The notes under the pieces were generated by a model that was not told the DNA's origin, made no database searches, and saw only the letters and a list, made by a program, of their open reading frames with translations. From assembly GCA_963724095.1 (NCBI GenBank), contig CAVRTH010000019.1, positions 536,640 to 600,639 of the forward strand: 64,000 bases of DNA, written 5' to 3'. The translations under genes and the position numbers were made by a program. Positions 39,656-49,634 of this stretch are shown one piece after another; the stretch's first letter is position 1, and each line of letters opens with the position of its first letter. This DNA comes from an uncultured Chloroflexia bacterium (lineage in GTDB: Bacteria > Chloroflexota > Limnocylindria > Limnocylindrales > CSP1-4).

Positions 39656-40413
39656 GGCAGGGGCATCCCGAAGGCGCGCACGACGCCAAGTCCGACCACG
39701 CCCAGGACGATGCCCCAACGCGCGACCTGCTGGACGCGGCTGTCGTGTGGCGGCCACAGCACCGTTCGAGGTCCCGGGCGGGTGAAGCCGCGAGTCTCGA
39801 GCGCCAGCGTTCGCGTCTCCACTTCGCGCACGGCGCCGAGCACGGTCGGCGCGGCGACGGCTGCGACGCCTCGCGCGCGTCGCAGCCAGTTGCCCTCCGT
39901 GTCGAGGCCGCGTGCACGCTGGGCCGCGGTGACCTCCTGGCTGCGCTCCGCGAGGCGCGGGATCATGGACACGGCGTTGTGCACGACGAACGTCAGGCGC
40001 GGCGAGACGCCGTGGTGTTGGAGACTTGACACCAACTCCGACGGGCGCGTCGTGATGTAGAACAGCACGGCGGCGCCGGCCATCGTCAGCACGCGCACCA
40101 CCACTTCCGCTGCCAGCAACGCGCCCTCCTCCGTGCCGCCGGGGTCGAAGAGCAGGTTGACGATGGCCGCACTCAGCGCCAGCGGCAGGGCCAGCAGCAG
40201 GCCCGTCGTGAGCACCCGGCGCGCCACACCTGCGAGCATGGCCGGCAGGACGACGGCGACCAGCGCCAGCAGCAGCGGGCAGACCAAGCCGCCGAGCAGG
40301 ACCGCCGCGACGACCGTCCCCATCGCCACGGTCAGCCGCGTCAGCGGGTCGAGCCGAAGCCAGCTGGTGGCCGCGTTCGGGTCAGCCCGGGAGTCCAGCG
40401 TCATCCTCGGCAT
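39649..40413 (-). CDS. ecfT: ECF transporter transmembrane component EcfT (CbiQ family)
   Basis: 254 aa with 5-6 TM segments and the CbiQ-like ARGxD loop (AAQRARGLDTEGN). Confidence 0.75.
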   Translation of the reverse strand: MPRMTLDSRADPNAATSWLRLDPLTRLTVAMGTVVAAVLLGGLVCPLLLALVAVVLPAMLAGVARRVLTTGLLLALPLALSAAIVNLLFDPGGTEEGALLAAEVVVRVLTMAGAAVLFYITTRPSELVSSLQHHGVSPRLTFVVHNAVSMIPRLAERSQEVTAAQRARGLDTEGNWLRRARGVAAVAAPTVLGAVREVETRTLALETRGFTRPGPRTVLWPPHDSRVQQVARWGIVLGVVGLGVVRAFGMPLPC

Positions 40414-41455
40414 CGGCTAGCGGGAGCAGGTACTCGCCCTGCGGAAAGCGGGCCTTGGTGCGCGTGGCCATGGCGCCAAGGATGAGGTACGCCACGAAGT
40501 AGGTGACGACCTTGTCGACCGGATCGGAGATGAGGCTCTGGCCCAGCACCGCTTGCTGCAGGTCTGCGCCGGCCTGGCGGAAGGCCGCGATGACGAAGTC
40601 GGCGCCAGAACCGGTCACACCACCGAAGAGGCTGGCGGCGATGGGTGCCGCCATGAACGCGGCCACGACGCCGGTGATGGCACCCGCCAGCAGGATGTAT
40701 GCGGCCGCCAGGTCGCGCCAGCGCACCAGCAGCACCACCAGCCCGATCGCCGTGACGGCGACCAGCGACATCGCGACCCAGCCCAGGATGAGGAAGGCTC
40801 GGTCGTTGCTCTCGGGCGCGATGCCGTCACCTCCTGCCGCATCCAGCCAAACGCTCAGCGCCACGAGGACCATCACGACCAGGGCGCCGATGGTGAGCGC
40901 GCCGCCGATCGCGAGCCGGCGACCGGATGTGCCGCGACGCGGTCGCAACCAGCCCCAGCGGGCGAAGGTGCCGGCCAGCAGGCCCACCACCACGGCCACC
41001 ACCGCGAAGGGCACCGCGAACGGGCTCCCGAACGGTGGCGGCGCCAGGTACGTCCAGATGACGTTGGTGAGAAAGCCGGTCGCGGCGCCGGCCAGGGGCC
41101 CGGCCAACGCCGCCACCAGGATGGTGCCGATCGAATTGAGATAGATGGGGATCTTCAAGGCACTCGCAACAGCGGTGCCGAGCACGATATTGAGGGCCAT
41201 GGCCACGGGCATCAGCACCAGCGTGCGCGTATCGAACTGGCGCGCGATGGAGTCGAGCCGGCGCGTCTGCAGGTACTCGATGAGCCCGTAGGTGGCGATG
41301 CCGGCCGGGATGGCCAGCGCCATCACCAGCGTGAACCGCTCGAGCGCGTCCTCGAAGTCCAGCCCGGCGAGGGCAGCCATGCCGGCGATGGCGATGAGCC
41401 CGAACGCGACCAGGCCGCCGCCCGCTCGCAGCCACGTCGCCGACACGCCCATGCC
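40382..41455 (-). CDS. ECF transporter substrate-capture (S) component, apparently an internally duplicated (tandem-fused) form
   Basis: 357 aa, about twice the usual S-component size; both halves contain a similar LAG(P/A)xxGxxxxF motif and 5-6 TM each. Confidence 0.5.
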   Translation of the reverse strand, partial: GMGVSATWLRAGGGLVAFGLIAIAGMAALAGLDFEDALERFTLVMALAIPAGIATYGLIEYLQTRRLDSIARQFDTRTLVLMPVAMALNIVLGTAVASALKIPIYLNSIGTILVAALAGPLAGAATGFLTNVIWTYLAPPPFGSPFAVPFAVVAVVVGLLAGTFARWGWLRPRRGTSGRRLAIGGALTIGALVVMVLVALSVWLDAAGGDGIAPESNDRAFLILGWVAMSLVAVTAIGLVVLLVRWRDLAAAYILLAGAITGVVAAFMAAPIAASLFGGVTGSGADFVIAAFRQAGADLQQAVLGQSLISDPVDKVVTYFVAYLILGAMATRTKARFPQGEYLLPLADAEDDAGLPG

Positions 41456-41463
41456 CCGGTGAG

Positions 41464-42462
41464 TCACTCGGCGTCGTGCCGGCGCGCCACGGCCAGCCGA
41501 CCGAGTCGATCGAGGAAGCGATCGAAGAAGGCCTCGCTGTCGGCCTCCACGGCGATATCGAGGTTGGGCGCCCGGCCCCAGGCCCGGCGCCAATCGGTGA
41601 CGGTCTCGCCCGTCGTCCAGCGGCCCTCAAGCTCCACTTCCACCGTCAGCGCCTCCGTCCGGGCAAGCCCCGGGTCGAGCGCGGCGGCCAGGACGAGGGC
41701 GTCGTGGATGAAAGCTCCGTAGAAGCCGTCGTAGCGGCTGTGGAACTCGAAGTAGAAGCGCAAGGCTTCGTTGGCGAAGCGGACGATGGGGTCGTTCGCG
41801 TCTTGCGCGACCTCGGCCAGTCGCTCGAGGTGCGCCGGGGTGAGCTTGGCGCGCTCGGTGACATCGAGCCCGAAGGCGACCGGGCGCGGCGCCCCCGCCC
41901 CTGCTGCCTCCCAGCCCTTGATGGTGGCGCCAAGCGCTTCGGGGTCCACGCCCGCGTTCCACTCCATCGTCGGAGCCGTGTTGCCCGGCGAGCGATAGGC
42001 ACCCACCATCATCACCAGTCGGCGCAGCAGGCGTGGCAGCTCGGGTGCGCGCTCCAGTGCCACCGCCACGTTCGAGAGCGGCCCCAGCGTCACCAGTGTC
42101 AGCTCACCGGGCCTGGCCCGGGCGCAGTCGATGAACAGGTCGGCCGCGTCCCTGCCCCCCACGCCTCGCGCGGGCTCCGGCAACAGCGCATAGCCCAGGC
42201 CCGTGGGACCGTGCGTATCTGCCGCAGTCCGCAGCGGCCGCGCGATGGGTGCCGCCCGACCGGCGGCCACCTCGATGTCGTCGCGCCCCGCGAGTGCCAG
42301 TACCGCGAGCGTGTTGCGCACGACGTGCGGCAGCTCGACGTTGCCGGCCACACAGCCCACAGCGACGATCTCGGCATCGCTCGAAGCGGCGGCAAACAGC
42401 AGCGCGAGCGCATCGTCGATACCGGTGTCGCAATCGATGAGCAGGGGCGTGGTCGCGGGCAT
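41464..42462 (-). CDS. nucleoside hydrolase (IU-NH family)
   Basis: N-terminal LLIDCDTGIDDALAL (DxDxxxDD) and the family-typical C-terminal half. Confidence 0.85.
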   Translation of the reverse strand: MPATTPLLIDCDTGIDDALALLFAAASSDAEIVAVGCVAGNVELPHVVRNTLAVLALAGRDDIEVAAGRAAPIARPLRTAADTHGPTGLGYALLPEPARGVGGRDAADLFIDCARARPGELTLVTLGPLSNVAVALERAPELPRLLRRLVMMVGAYRSPGNTAPTMEWNAGVDPEALGATIKGWEAAGAGAPRPVAFGLDVTERAKLTPAHLERLAEVAQDANDPIVRFANEALRFYFEFHSRYDGFYGAFIHDALVLAAALDPGLARTEALTVEVELEGRWTTGETVTDWRRAWGRAPNLDIAVEADSEAFFDRFLDRLGRLAVARRHDAE

Positions 42463-42582
42463 GGCATCGGCAGGGTACCGCGTGTAGCATTCGAGTCGGC
42501 CCTACTGGTCGCACCTGAACCGTCGCGCCGCGGGCACCCCCACCGCATACAGGTACCGACGAAACTCGTCCTCGGAGGAAAC

Positions 42583-44040
42583 ATGAGCCACCGCGTCACC
42601 CTCATCCCCGGCGACGGGGTGGGACCCGAGATCACCGCCGCCACCCGCCGGGTCATCGAAGCGACCGGTGTCGCTGTCGATTGGGAAGAGGCCATCGCCG
42701 GCGAGGCGGTCTTCCGTGCCGGTGACAGCTCGGGTGTACCCCGCGAGACGGCCAATTCCATCGCTCGTACCGGCGTGGCGCTGAAGGGCCCCTTGGCCAC
42801 TCCCGTGGGTTTCGGCGAGAAGTCGGCCAACGTGACCTTGCGCAAGCTCTTCGAGACCTACGCCAACCTGCGTCCTGCGCGCCAGATCCCCGGCGTACCC
42901 ACGCGCTACGACGGCGAAGGCATCGACTTCATCGTCGTGCGCGAGAACATCGAGGACCTCTACGCCGGCGTCGAGTACATGGACTCGCGCGACGTGGCGA
43001 TCGCGCTCAAGATCATCACCCGGCGCGGTTCGGAGAAGATCATCCGCTACGCCTTCGAGCTGGCCCGACGCGAGGGCCGCAAGAAGGTCACCTGCGCTAC
43101 CAAGTCGAACATCCTCAAGCTCAGCGAGGGCCTCTTCCAGCGCGTCTTCGAGGAGATGGCCCCCGAGTACCCAGACATCGAGCCGCAGCACCTCATCATC
43201 GACAACGTGGCCCACCAGATGGCCAAGGACCCAGCGCAGTTCGACGTCATCGTCACCACCAACCTCGCCGGCGACATCATCAGCGACCTCGCGTCGGGTT
43301 TGGTCGGCGGCCTGGGCTTTGCGGCCTCGGGCAACTTCGGTGACGACGTGGCCATCTTCGAGGCCGTCCATGGCTCCGCGCCCAAGTACGCCGGCAAGAA
43401 CGTCATCAACCCCACCGCGCTCATCCTCAGCTCGGTGATGATGCTCAAGCACCTTGGCGAGGCGGAGGCGGCCCAACGGATCGAGGACGCGGTCTTCGTC
43501 ACGCTCGAGGAAGGCGCAGCGGTGACGCTCGATGTGGCGCGCCAGGCGGGCGACGTGGAGCGGGCGACCTCTACCTCCGGCTTTGCCGACGCCATCATCG
43601 AGAACCTTGGCCGGGCGCCCGCCACGCGCTACCCGACGAAGGCCTCGCCGCCGGCGGCTGCGCCGTCGCCGCTGCCACGCTGGCAGCCGCGACCGGTCCT
43701 TCCGCCCGACACGCAGTTGCTGGGCGTTGACATCTATACCGAGATGGACGGTGACCCGCAGCCGGTGGGCCGTGCGCTCGACGAGGCTGCCGGGCCGGAG
43801 TTCAGGCTGCTGCTGATGTCGGCCCGCGGGACGGTGGTGTACCCCACCGGCAACTCGCATACCGACACCGTCGGCTGGTGGCGCTGCCGTTTCGTGGCAG
43901 TGGAGGAGGGGGGCACCGTCGATGACGCGGCCATCCTGCGCCTGCTTGCGCGCATGGGCGAGCGCATGACCTGGGCGCACGTGCAGAAGCTCCGGGTCAT
44001 CGAGGGCGAGACCGGCTTCACCAAGGCGCAGGGGCAGTAG
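42583..44040 (+). CDS. icd: isocitrate dehydrogenase (NAD-type, isocitrate/isopropylmalate DH family) with a C-terminal extension of about 150 aa
   Basis: GGAGGA SD 4 nt upstream. RVTLIPGDGVGPEI, NLRP, TKSNILK, GSAPKYAG. The extension (from about APATRYPTKASPPAAAPS) has no recognisable motif. Confidence 0.8.
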   Translation: MSHRVTLIPGDGVGPEITAATRRVIEATGVAVDWEEAIAGEAVFRAGDSSGVPRETANSIARTGVALKGPLATPVGFGEKSANVTLRKLFETYANLRPARQIPGVPTRYDGEGIDFIVVRENIEDLYAGVEYMDSRDVAIALKIITRRGSEKIIRYAFELARREGRKKVTCATKSNILKLSEGLFQRVFEEMAPEYPDIEPQHLIIDNVAHQMAKDPAQFDVIVTTNLAGDIISDLASGLVGGLGFAASGNFGDDVAIFEAVHGSAPKYAGKNVINPTALILSSVMMLKHLGEAEAAQRIEDAVFVTLEEGAAVTLDVARQAGDVERATSTSGFADAIIENLGRAPATRYPTKASPPAAAPSPLPRWQPRPVLPPDTQLLGVDIYTEMDGDPQPVGRALDEAAGPEFRLLLMSARGTVVYPTGNSHTDTVGWWRCRFVAVEEGGTVDDAAILRLLARMGERMTWAHVQKLRVIEGETGFTKAQGQ

Positions 44041-44076
44041 GCCTCGCGCGACAGACGCAGGGTCGGGGCCCGGGAC

Positions 44077-44496
44077 GTGGGCGAGGACCAGGAGCTCGAG
44101 GGCGTGCCACAGCTCGACCGGCAGGAACGACCGCTGTCGCTGGACGTCCACGGCCGGCCGCTGGTGCCGCAGCGGGTGCCGGAGCTGGCGCCCACGCCGC
44201 TCCAGAGCAGCTTCATCTACCTCTCGATCGTGGTCCTCATCTGCGGCGTCATGGCCATCGGCGCCCTGGAGCTGGGAACGCCCATGTCGTCACTGTGGGT
44301 GAAGGTCCCCGTCCTGCTCGGGGGTGTCGTGCTACTGGCCCTCACGGCAGATGCCCTCGTGCGCGTGTGGCGCTCGGTCGGCGCCTGGTGGGCGGTCGAC
44401 CGCGGCCGGGCCTGGTTCCGCCTGCTGTGGGCGACCGTGCTGGCTGCTACGCTGCTGGTCGTGACAGGCATCATGCTCATCGTGGTGCGGGCCTGA
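44077..44496 (+). CDS. hypothetical membrane protein
   Basis: C-terminal half has 3 TM helices; the N-terminal part is uncertain. Confidence 0.35.
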   Translation: MGEDQELEGVPQLDRQERPLSLDVHGRPLVPQRVPELAPTPLQSSFIYLSIVVLICGVMAIGALELGTPMSSLWVKVPVLLGGVVLLALTADALVRVWRSVGAWWAVDRGRAWFRLLWATVLAATLLVVTGIMLIVVRA

Positions 44497-44500
44497 CGCG

Positions 44501-45128
44501 ATGACCCGGATCGACGACCCCGGCGCCCGCCTCCCCGTCCACGGTTTCGCCAACGGTGCACCCCAGTGGCTGGCGCCGGTACTGCGCTATTGTTCCCGCT
44601 GCGGTGGGGAGCTGGTGTTCGGCCCGGTGGCGGGCGAGGAACGCGAGCGGCACTGCTGTTCCGCCTGCGGCGCCATCACCTACGTCAACCCTCGCCTGGT
44701 GGTGACCACGCTGCCCATCACCGATGCGGGCGAGCTCGTGCTCATCCGTCGCGCCATCCCTCCGGGCATCGGCACCTGGGCCCAGCCGGGCGGCTTCCTC
44801 GAAGCCGATGAGACGGTCGTGCAGGGTGCGGTGCGCGAGACACTCGAGGAGACCTGCCTGCTGGTCGAGCCCACCGACATCGTGGGTATCTACTCGCGGC
44901 CACAGGCAGCGGTGGCGGTCATCGCCTATCGTGCCGATATCCTGGGCGGAGACGATGCAACCCACCCCCGAGTCCCTGCAGGTGCGGGCCTTCGCCGTCG
45001 AGGACATCCCCTGGGAGGGCCTCGGGTTCGACACCACGCTGTGGGCGGTGCGCGACTGGGTCCGATCGGTTCGACCCGACCTTGACGTGGATGTGCTCGG
45101 GCCGGAGTTCCTCGAGCGCCGGGATTGA
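44501..45128 (+). CDS. NUDIX hydrolase with N-terminal zinc ribbon (NudC-like), apparent frame break near 44950
   Basis: CSRCGGEL...CSACG zinc ribbon and Nudix box GFLEADETVVQGAVRETLEET. The C-terminus continues in ORF 44724-45128. Confidence 0.6.
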
Positions 45129-45210
45129 CTGGGCCGCTGCGAGACCGGCGTGCGCACCTTGCCGCCCTGCGGCGAAGATGGCCACCGCTGACCGCTACAC
45201 GGGCGCTCGC

Positions 45211-45504
45211 TCACATCGTGGCGATGTTGGAGAGCGCACCCAGTCCGCCGACCAGCACGCCGAATACCAGGACGGCGGCGGCCAACCTGGGACGAGTACG
45301 ACCGACGACGAGGAAGACGGTTGCCACCAGCAGTACGGTGGCGAACTTGGCCACGGTCAGCAGCGCCAGTCCGTAGTCGGAGGCGAGGGTGGCGACCAGC
45401 GGGTTCATCTCTGCACCCAGCCCGTGCCGTGCCACCATCACCAGGAACGTGGTGTAGTCCGCCAGGTGGGCGATGATCAGGAGCCCGATACCCAGGGCCG
45501 ACAT
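45211..45504 (-). CDS. small membrane protein, unknown function
   Basis: 97 aa, 3 TM. Confidence 0.35.
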   Translation of the reverse strand: MSALGIGLLIIAHLADYTTFLVMVARHGLGAEMNPLVATLASDYGLALLTVAKFATVLLVATVFLVVGRTRPRLAAAVLVFGVLVGGLGALSNIATM

Positions 45505-45644
45505 GTCTCCTCCGTGCCACCAGGGCGCTGCCTTCTGGACGCGGGACCGGGCTCGCCACTGCTCGACGTGATCCGGTTCGGCGACCGGGATGGATCACGC
45601 GTCTTCGCTTCCCGTACTGGACTTGGCTCGGAAGGCTCCCGATT

Positions 45645-46833
45645 CTACCGCTCGGCGCGTCTCGGATCGGTGACCGTTTGGCTCGGACGCCGCACGGGCC
45701 AGCGTCGATCGACCTGCTCGGTGACAGAACGCACCGGATCTGCCGGCCAGCGGACGCACTCCCCGCCCAGGCCGAGCCAGTCGTCGAGATGCCAGCACAG
45801 CACGGGCGCGACTGCCGCGAAGTAGGCGAAGGTGCCCCACCAGCCGAGGAAGAGCGTGGCGCCGAACACCAGGGTCCCGACGATGACGAGCGAGGCAGCC
45901 GACCGAACCCACACCAGGCTCGCGATGGCGAGGAGGATGCCCGCGCCGATCCGTAGCATCCCCCAGGCGCCTGCTGGGATGCCACCCGGACTACCCACCG
46001 CGTACGCCAGCGAGTAGTAGGGCTGAGCGTGGATCGTGTCGGCACGCCGGAACGACCACGACAGCGCCTCAGGGCTCCATGCCACCAGCGCTGGCAGCCA
46101 CATCACGGCAGAGGCGATGAGGAAGGCGATGAGCGGACCGACCGCACCGGCATAGGCCACCAGACCTGGCAACCAGGCGAGTGCGTAGGGCTTGAACGCC
46201 GCAGCGACTGCGAGCAGCACCCCGCCCGCGATGGGCGCGCGCATCGCGACCAGCAGTGCGACAAGGATGAGCAGGCCAGCCGTGGTGTCGTTGGAGCCAT
46301 CGGTCGCAGAGACCACGAGGGCGGGCGTGACTGCATAGACCGCGAGGCCCAGCGGGCGCCCGCGGACGGCCAACAAGCCCAGCACCAGCATGGACGCCGC
46401 CAGCTCCAGCTGTACCGGCTGGTCAAGGCTGGGCAGGTACCACAGCAATGCCACCGGACCGTAGGCGAACGGGGCCCCGGCGGGCAACGACTCGGCGTAG
46501 CCATGGCCGTACGGGATTGCCCCCGGCGATCATCTCGCGGATGGCGGCTTCGGTGACGACGAGGACATCGCTGAACCCGCTCGACGGTGCGACTCGCAGG
46601 GCGATGCCGACCAGCAACAGCAGGATGACGGCCACTCCTGCCACGCGCCAGCGCAGCGAGACCGCCAGGATCACCGCCACCGCGATGAGTGACAGCACTG
46701 CCACGGGCGGCGGCGTCCCCGATCCGAGCAAGCCCACCAGCGCCACGATGAGTGCCAGCCAGACCGCCGACGCGGTGCGCTTGTGGGGAGCACGCTCGCC
46801 GATGCCGGACGTACCGGCGGAGTCTCTGCTCAC
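45645..46833 (-). CDS. GT87/DUF2029-family membrane glycosyltransferase (polyprenyl-phosphomannose-dependent type), apparent frame break near 46490
   Basis: Polytopic protein of about 390 aa reconstructed from ORF 46423-46833 and ORF 45645-46487; FKPYALAWLP-type loop. Confidence 0.5.
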
Positions 46834-47435
46834 TCGACCGGTTCGGCCGGCTCCCAGGCGGGCGTGCGAAGCAGGCGGCCCAGCAAGTCGGAAGCTTCCT
46901 CCAGCGCCAGGCGCTCGCCCCGGCCGAGCTCCGAGATGGCCTCAGCCAGGGGCGCGATCTGGCGGTCGCGACCAAGCCCCAGCTGTTCCTCGCCCCTGGC
47001 CGTGGCACGGATGACGACCGAGCGTCGGTCATCCGGGTTGGGCTCGCGTGTCACCAGGCCATCGGCGGCCATCGCGTGCACCAGCCGCGTCATCGTGGGG
47101 GGCCTGACGTGCTCCGCGGCAGCCAGCTCGCCCAGCGTACGTGGGCCGCCCATGACCAGCAGCCCCAGCGCCGAGAGTCGCGCCCGGGTGAGACCGTCGC
47201 CGGCATCAGCGCGTGCGAGGTGTCGCTGCAGCACGGTAGAGAGACCAGCCAGGCGGGCTGCCAGCTCGCTGGCCCCGACCGTGGCGCGCCGGCCCGCGAT
47301 GGCCTTCACCATGCCCGCTGCGCCATCGGGAAGCTCGCCCGCCAGGACATCGACCGCTTCGGCGCCATCGAGGCGCAGTTCCTTCTTGCGGTCCTTCTTC
47401 CTGGCCTTGTCCCTGCTCTTGGACTTCTTGCCCAT
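46830..47435 (-). CDS. MarR-family transcriptional regulator with a Lys-rich N-terminal tail
   Basis: MGKKSKSRDKARKKDRKKELR tail followed by a MarR wHTH (LTRARLSALGLLVMGGPRTLGELAAAEHVRPPTMTRLVHAMAADGLV). Confidence 0.75.
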   Translation of the reverse strand: MGKKSKSRDKARKKDRKKELRLDGAEAVDVLAGELPDGAAGMVKAIAGRRATVGASELAARLAGLSTVLQRHLARADAGDGLTRARLSALGLLVMGGPRTLGELAAAEHVRPPTMTRLVHAMAADGLVTREPNPDDRRSVVIRATARGEEQLGLGRDRQIAPLAEAISELGRGERLALEEASDLLGRLLRTPAWEPAEPVE

Positions 47436-47486
47436 CGCCGGCCCCGGTGTACTCCGCGCTCGCTAGGTCAGTGGCGGGTTGGACTG

Positions 47487-48056
47487 CTAGGGGCATCCTA
47501 CCGGCGCCAAGGGCTGGCCGGTGGCCGAGTCCGATTCCCACTGCGGGTGCCGGAAGCAGCTCAGCAGGTGGTCATCGACCAATCCGATCGACTGCATGTA
47601 GGCATAGATGATGACCGGGCCCACGAAGCGGAAACCGCGGCGCTTGAGATCGTTCGACAGCTCCCGCGACAGCGGCGTCTCAGCTGGCACGTCGGCCATC
47701 GACTGGTGGTGGTTGACGATGGGTGATCCGGCGACGAGATCCCATAGATAGGCGTCGAGCCCACCGGCTTGTTCGCGCAGGCGCAGGGTCGCCGCGGCAT
47801 TGTCCCGGAAGGCACGCACCTTGGCGCGGTTGCGGATGATGCGAACGTCGGTCAGCAGCCGTGCCTGCCGCTCATCGTCGTACGCCGCGATGCGCTCAGC
47901 GTCGAAGTCGTCATAGGCCTCGCGATAGCCCTCGCGGCGGTCCAGGACCGTCGACCAGGCGAGGCCGGCCTGTGCGCCCTCCAGGCAGAGCATCTCGAAG
48001 AGGGCGCGCTCATCGTGCAACGGCCGCCCCCACTCGTGGTCGTGGTACGACATCAT
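47487..48056 (-). CDS. tag: DNA-3-methyladenine glycosylase I
   Basis: YHDHEWG motif and Tag-like length and sequence. Confidence 0.85.
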   Translation of the reverse strand: MMSYHDHEWGRPLHDERALFEMLCLEGAQAGLAWSTVLDRREGYREAYDDFDAERIAAYDDERQARLLTDVRIIRNRAKVRAFRDNAAATLRLREQAGGLDAYLWDLVAGSPIVNHHQSMADVPAETPLSRELSNDLKRRGFRFVGPVIIYAYMQSIGLVDDHLLSCFRHPQWESDSATGQPLAPVGCP

Positions 48057-48106
48057 CCGTGGACCGCTGACCGCCCAGTCGCAGCGTCTCAGCCGCGGTT
48101 CGTCGC

Positions 48107-48895
48107 TCAGTAGATCCTCCGAACGTCCGCCGGCAGCTTCAGCTCGAAGGCCGAGTCGAAGAGGACCGGGTCGACCTGCAGCGACGTCACCTCGGCATGG
48201 CGGGTGACCGTAGCGGCGATGCGTTCGATGAGCAGCAGCACGAAACCACTGTCCCGGGCGATGCCGACATCGATGGAGCGATCGGGTCGGTCGACCAGCA
48301 CCTTGGCGCTGCGTGGATGCTGGGCGCGCACGACGACGACCTCCCGCCCGGCGACCGGTCGCACCCCGACTACCGCCAGCGGCCCGGTCACGAGCACGTT
48401 GCGCAGTAGCCCGTGGGGGTGGATGAAGGCGTCGGCCAGGCTGCCCGCCGGCAGTGCCGTGAGTGGCTCATAGGTGCGAGAGTAGGCTGGCAGGGTCGGG
48501 TCGTCGGAGACGGCCACCCTGGCGCGAACCTTGCGCACGCTGGCGCGCCTGTTGCTGGCCTCGAAGCTCGTGATGGTCTCGCCGTCGCTGACCCAGATGT
48601 CGTATTCGCGGGTCAGCGGCTCCGAGTCACGCTTGATGGTGACACGGGCGTGCCCGGGGTGCCGCAACTGGATCTGGTGAAGGATGGTGTCGGCACCCTT
48701 GGCGCTGACGACGCGCTCCTCGATGGTCATGCGCAGGGACTGCACCCGCGACTCCGCCTCACGCGCGAAGTCGAACAGGTCCTCGATGCTGGGAGCTTCG
48801 TCGGCGAGCGCCACGCGTGCCGCTGTGGGCAGGGGCTCTGTTGCACCCGCGGGAATGAGGTCTGACATCGACCGAATGCTACCCGACGTCGCCAA
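48107..48895 (-). CDS. hypothetical protein
   Basis: 262 aa; no family recognised. Confidence 0.4.
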   Translation of the reverse strand: MATSGSIRSMSDLIPAGATEPLPTAARVALADEAPSIEDLFDFAREAESRVQSLRMTIEERVVSAKGADTILHQIQLRHPGHARVTIKRDSEPLTREYDIWVSDGETITSFEASNRRASVRKVRARVAVSDDPTLPAYSRTYEPLTALPAGSLADAFIHPHGLLRNVLVTGPLAVVGVRPVAGREVVVVRAQHPRSAKVLVDRPDRSIDVGIARDSGFVLLLIERIAATVTRHAEVTSLQVDPVLFDSAFELKLPADVRRIY

Positions 48896-49541
48896 CGCCC
48901 GGGAGAGCCTGGCGAACGGCTACCACCTCGATGAGGTGGAAGTGGTGCGGGTCGCCCAGCGCGGTCTCGCCGTCCTCTTCCTTCTCGTTCCAGTGCTCGA
49001 TCTCGAATCCGTCGAGGTAGCCGCGAATGACAGCCGGCGAGGGGCATGTCATGTCGGGCTCGTCAGCCGCCTGGTCGCGGTCTCCGAAGAGCATGCCGCT
49101 GAAGCGACCACCGACCGGGATCGCGGCCCGGATCCTGCCCCAGGCCTCGTCGTAGTCGCGGGCCGACTGGAAGGGAAGGATGAGGTTGGCATTGACGAGG
49201 TCGCAAGGCGGGATCTCGAAGTCGGCGAGAACGCAGACGCGGGTCTGGAGTCGCTCCAGGTCTCCGGCCGGGGTCAGGCGCCGCAGCGTCTCGATAGCCT
49301 CTGGTGTCATGTCCGTGGCCAGCACGCGCCAGCCGCGCCGCAGCAACTCGCGCGTGTCGCGACCGGCCCCGCAGCCGAGGTCGACGGCGAAGCGCGGTCC
49401 GTCCTGTGGATGATCACCGAAGGCTTCGGCCGCCATCTTCGTCGTGGTCCACGAGGGCCGCTCGGCGGTGATCTGGTAGTAGTCGGGCCAGTGCGTGTCG
49501 CTCGCCTTATCGGCGCTGGTCGTCGTCGGTTCGTGTGTCAT
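48879..49541 (-). CDS. class I SAM-dependent methyltransferase
   Basis: Motif I VDLGCGAGRDT and acidic motif II (RVLATDM). Confidence 0.7.
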   Translation of the reverse strand: MTHEPTTTSADKASDTHWPDYYQITAERPSWTTTKMAAEAFGDHPQDGPRFAVDLGCGAGRDTRELLRRGWRVLATDMTPEAIETLRRLTPAGDLERLQTRVCVLADFEIPPCDLVNANLILPFQSARDYDEAWGRIRAAIPVGGRFSGMLFGDRDQAADEPDMTCPSPAVIRGYLDGFEIEHWNEKEEDGETALGDPHHFHLIEVVAVRQALPGVGDVG

Positions 49542-49634
49542 CTTCGGGTGAGCCTATCACCGCGCTATGCTCGACTTGGTGCCGCCGCAGCAGCCCATCC
49601 ATCGACCTCTGGCGCGCCGGAAGGAGCTCATCAC

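Noticed and set aside
42502-46045. Long minus-strand ORFs (549 aa at 42502-44151; 522 aa at 44477-46045)
   Set aside because: Antisense to the icd, NUDIX and GT87 regions; no motifs and extreme Arg/Pro/Gly bias.
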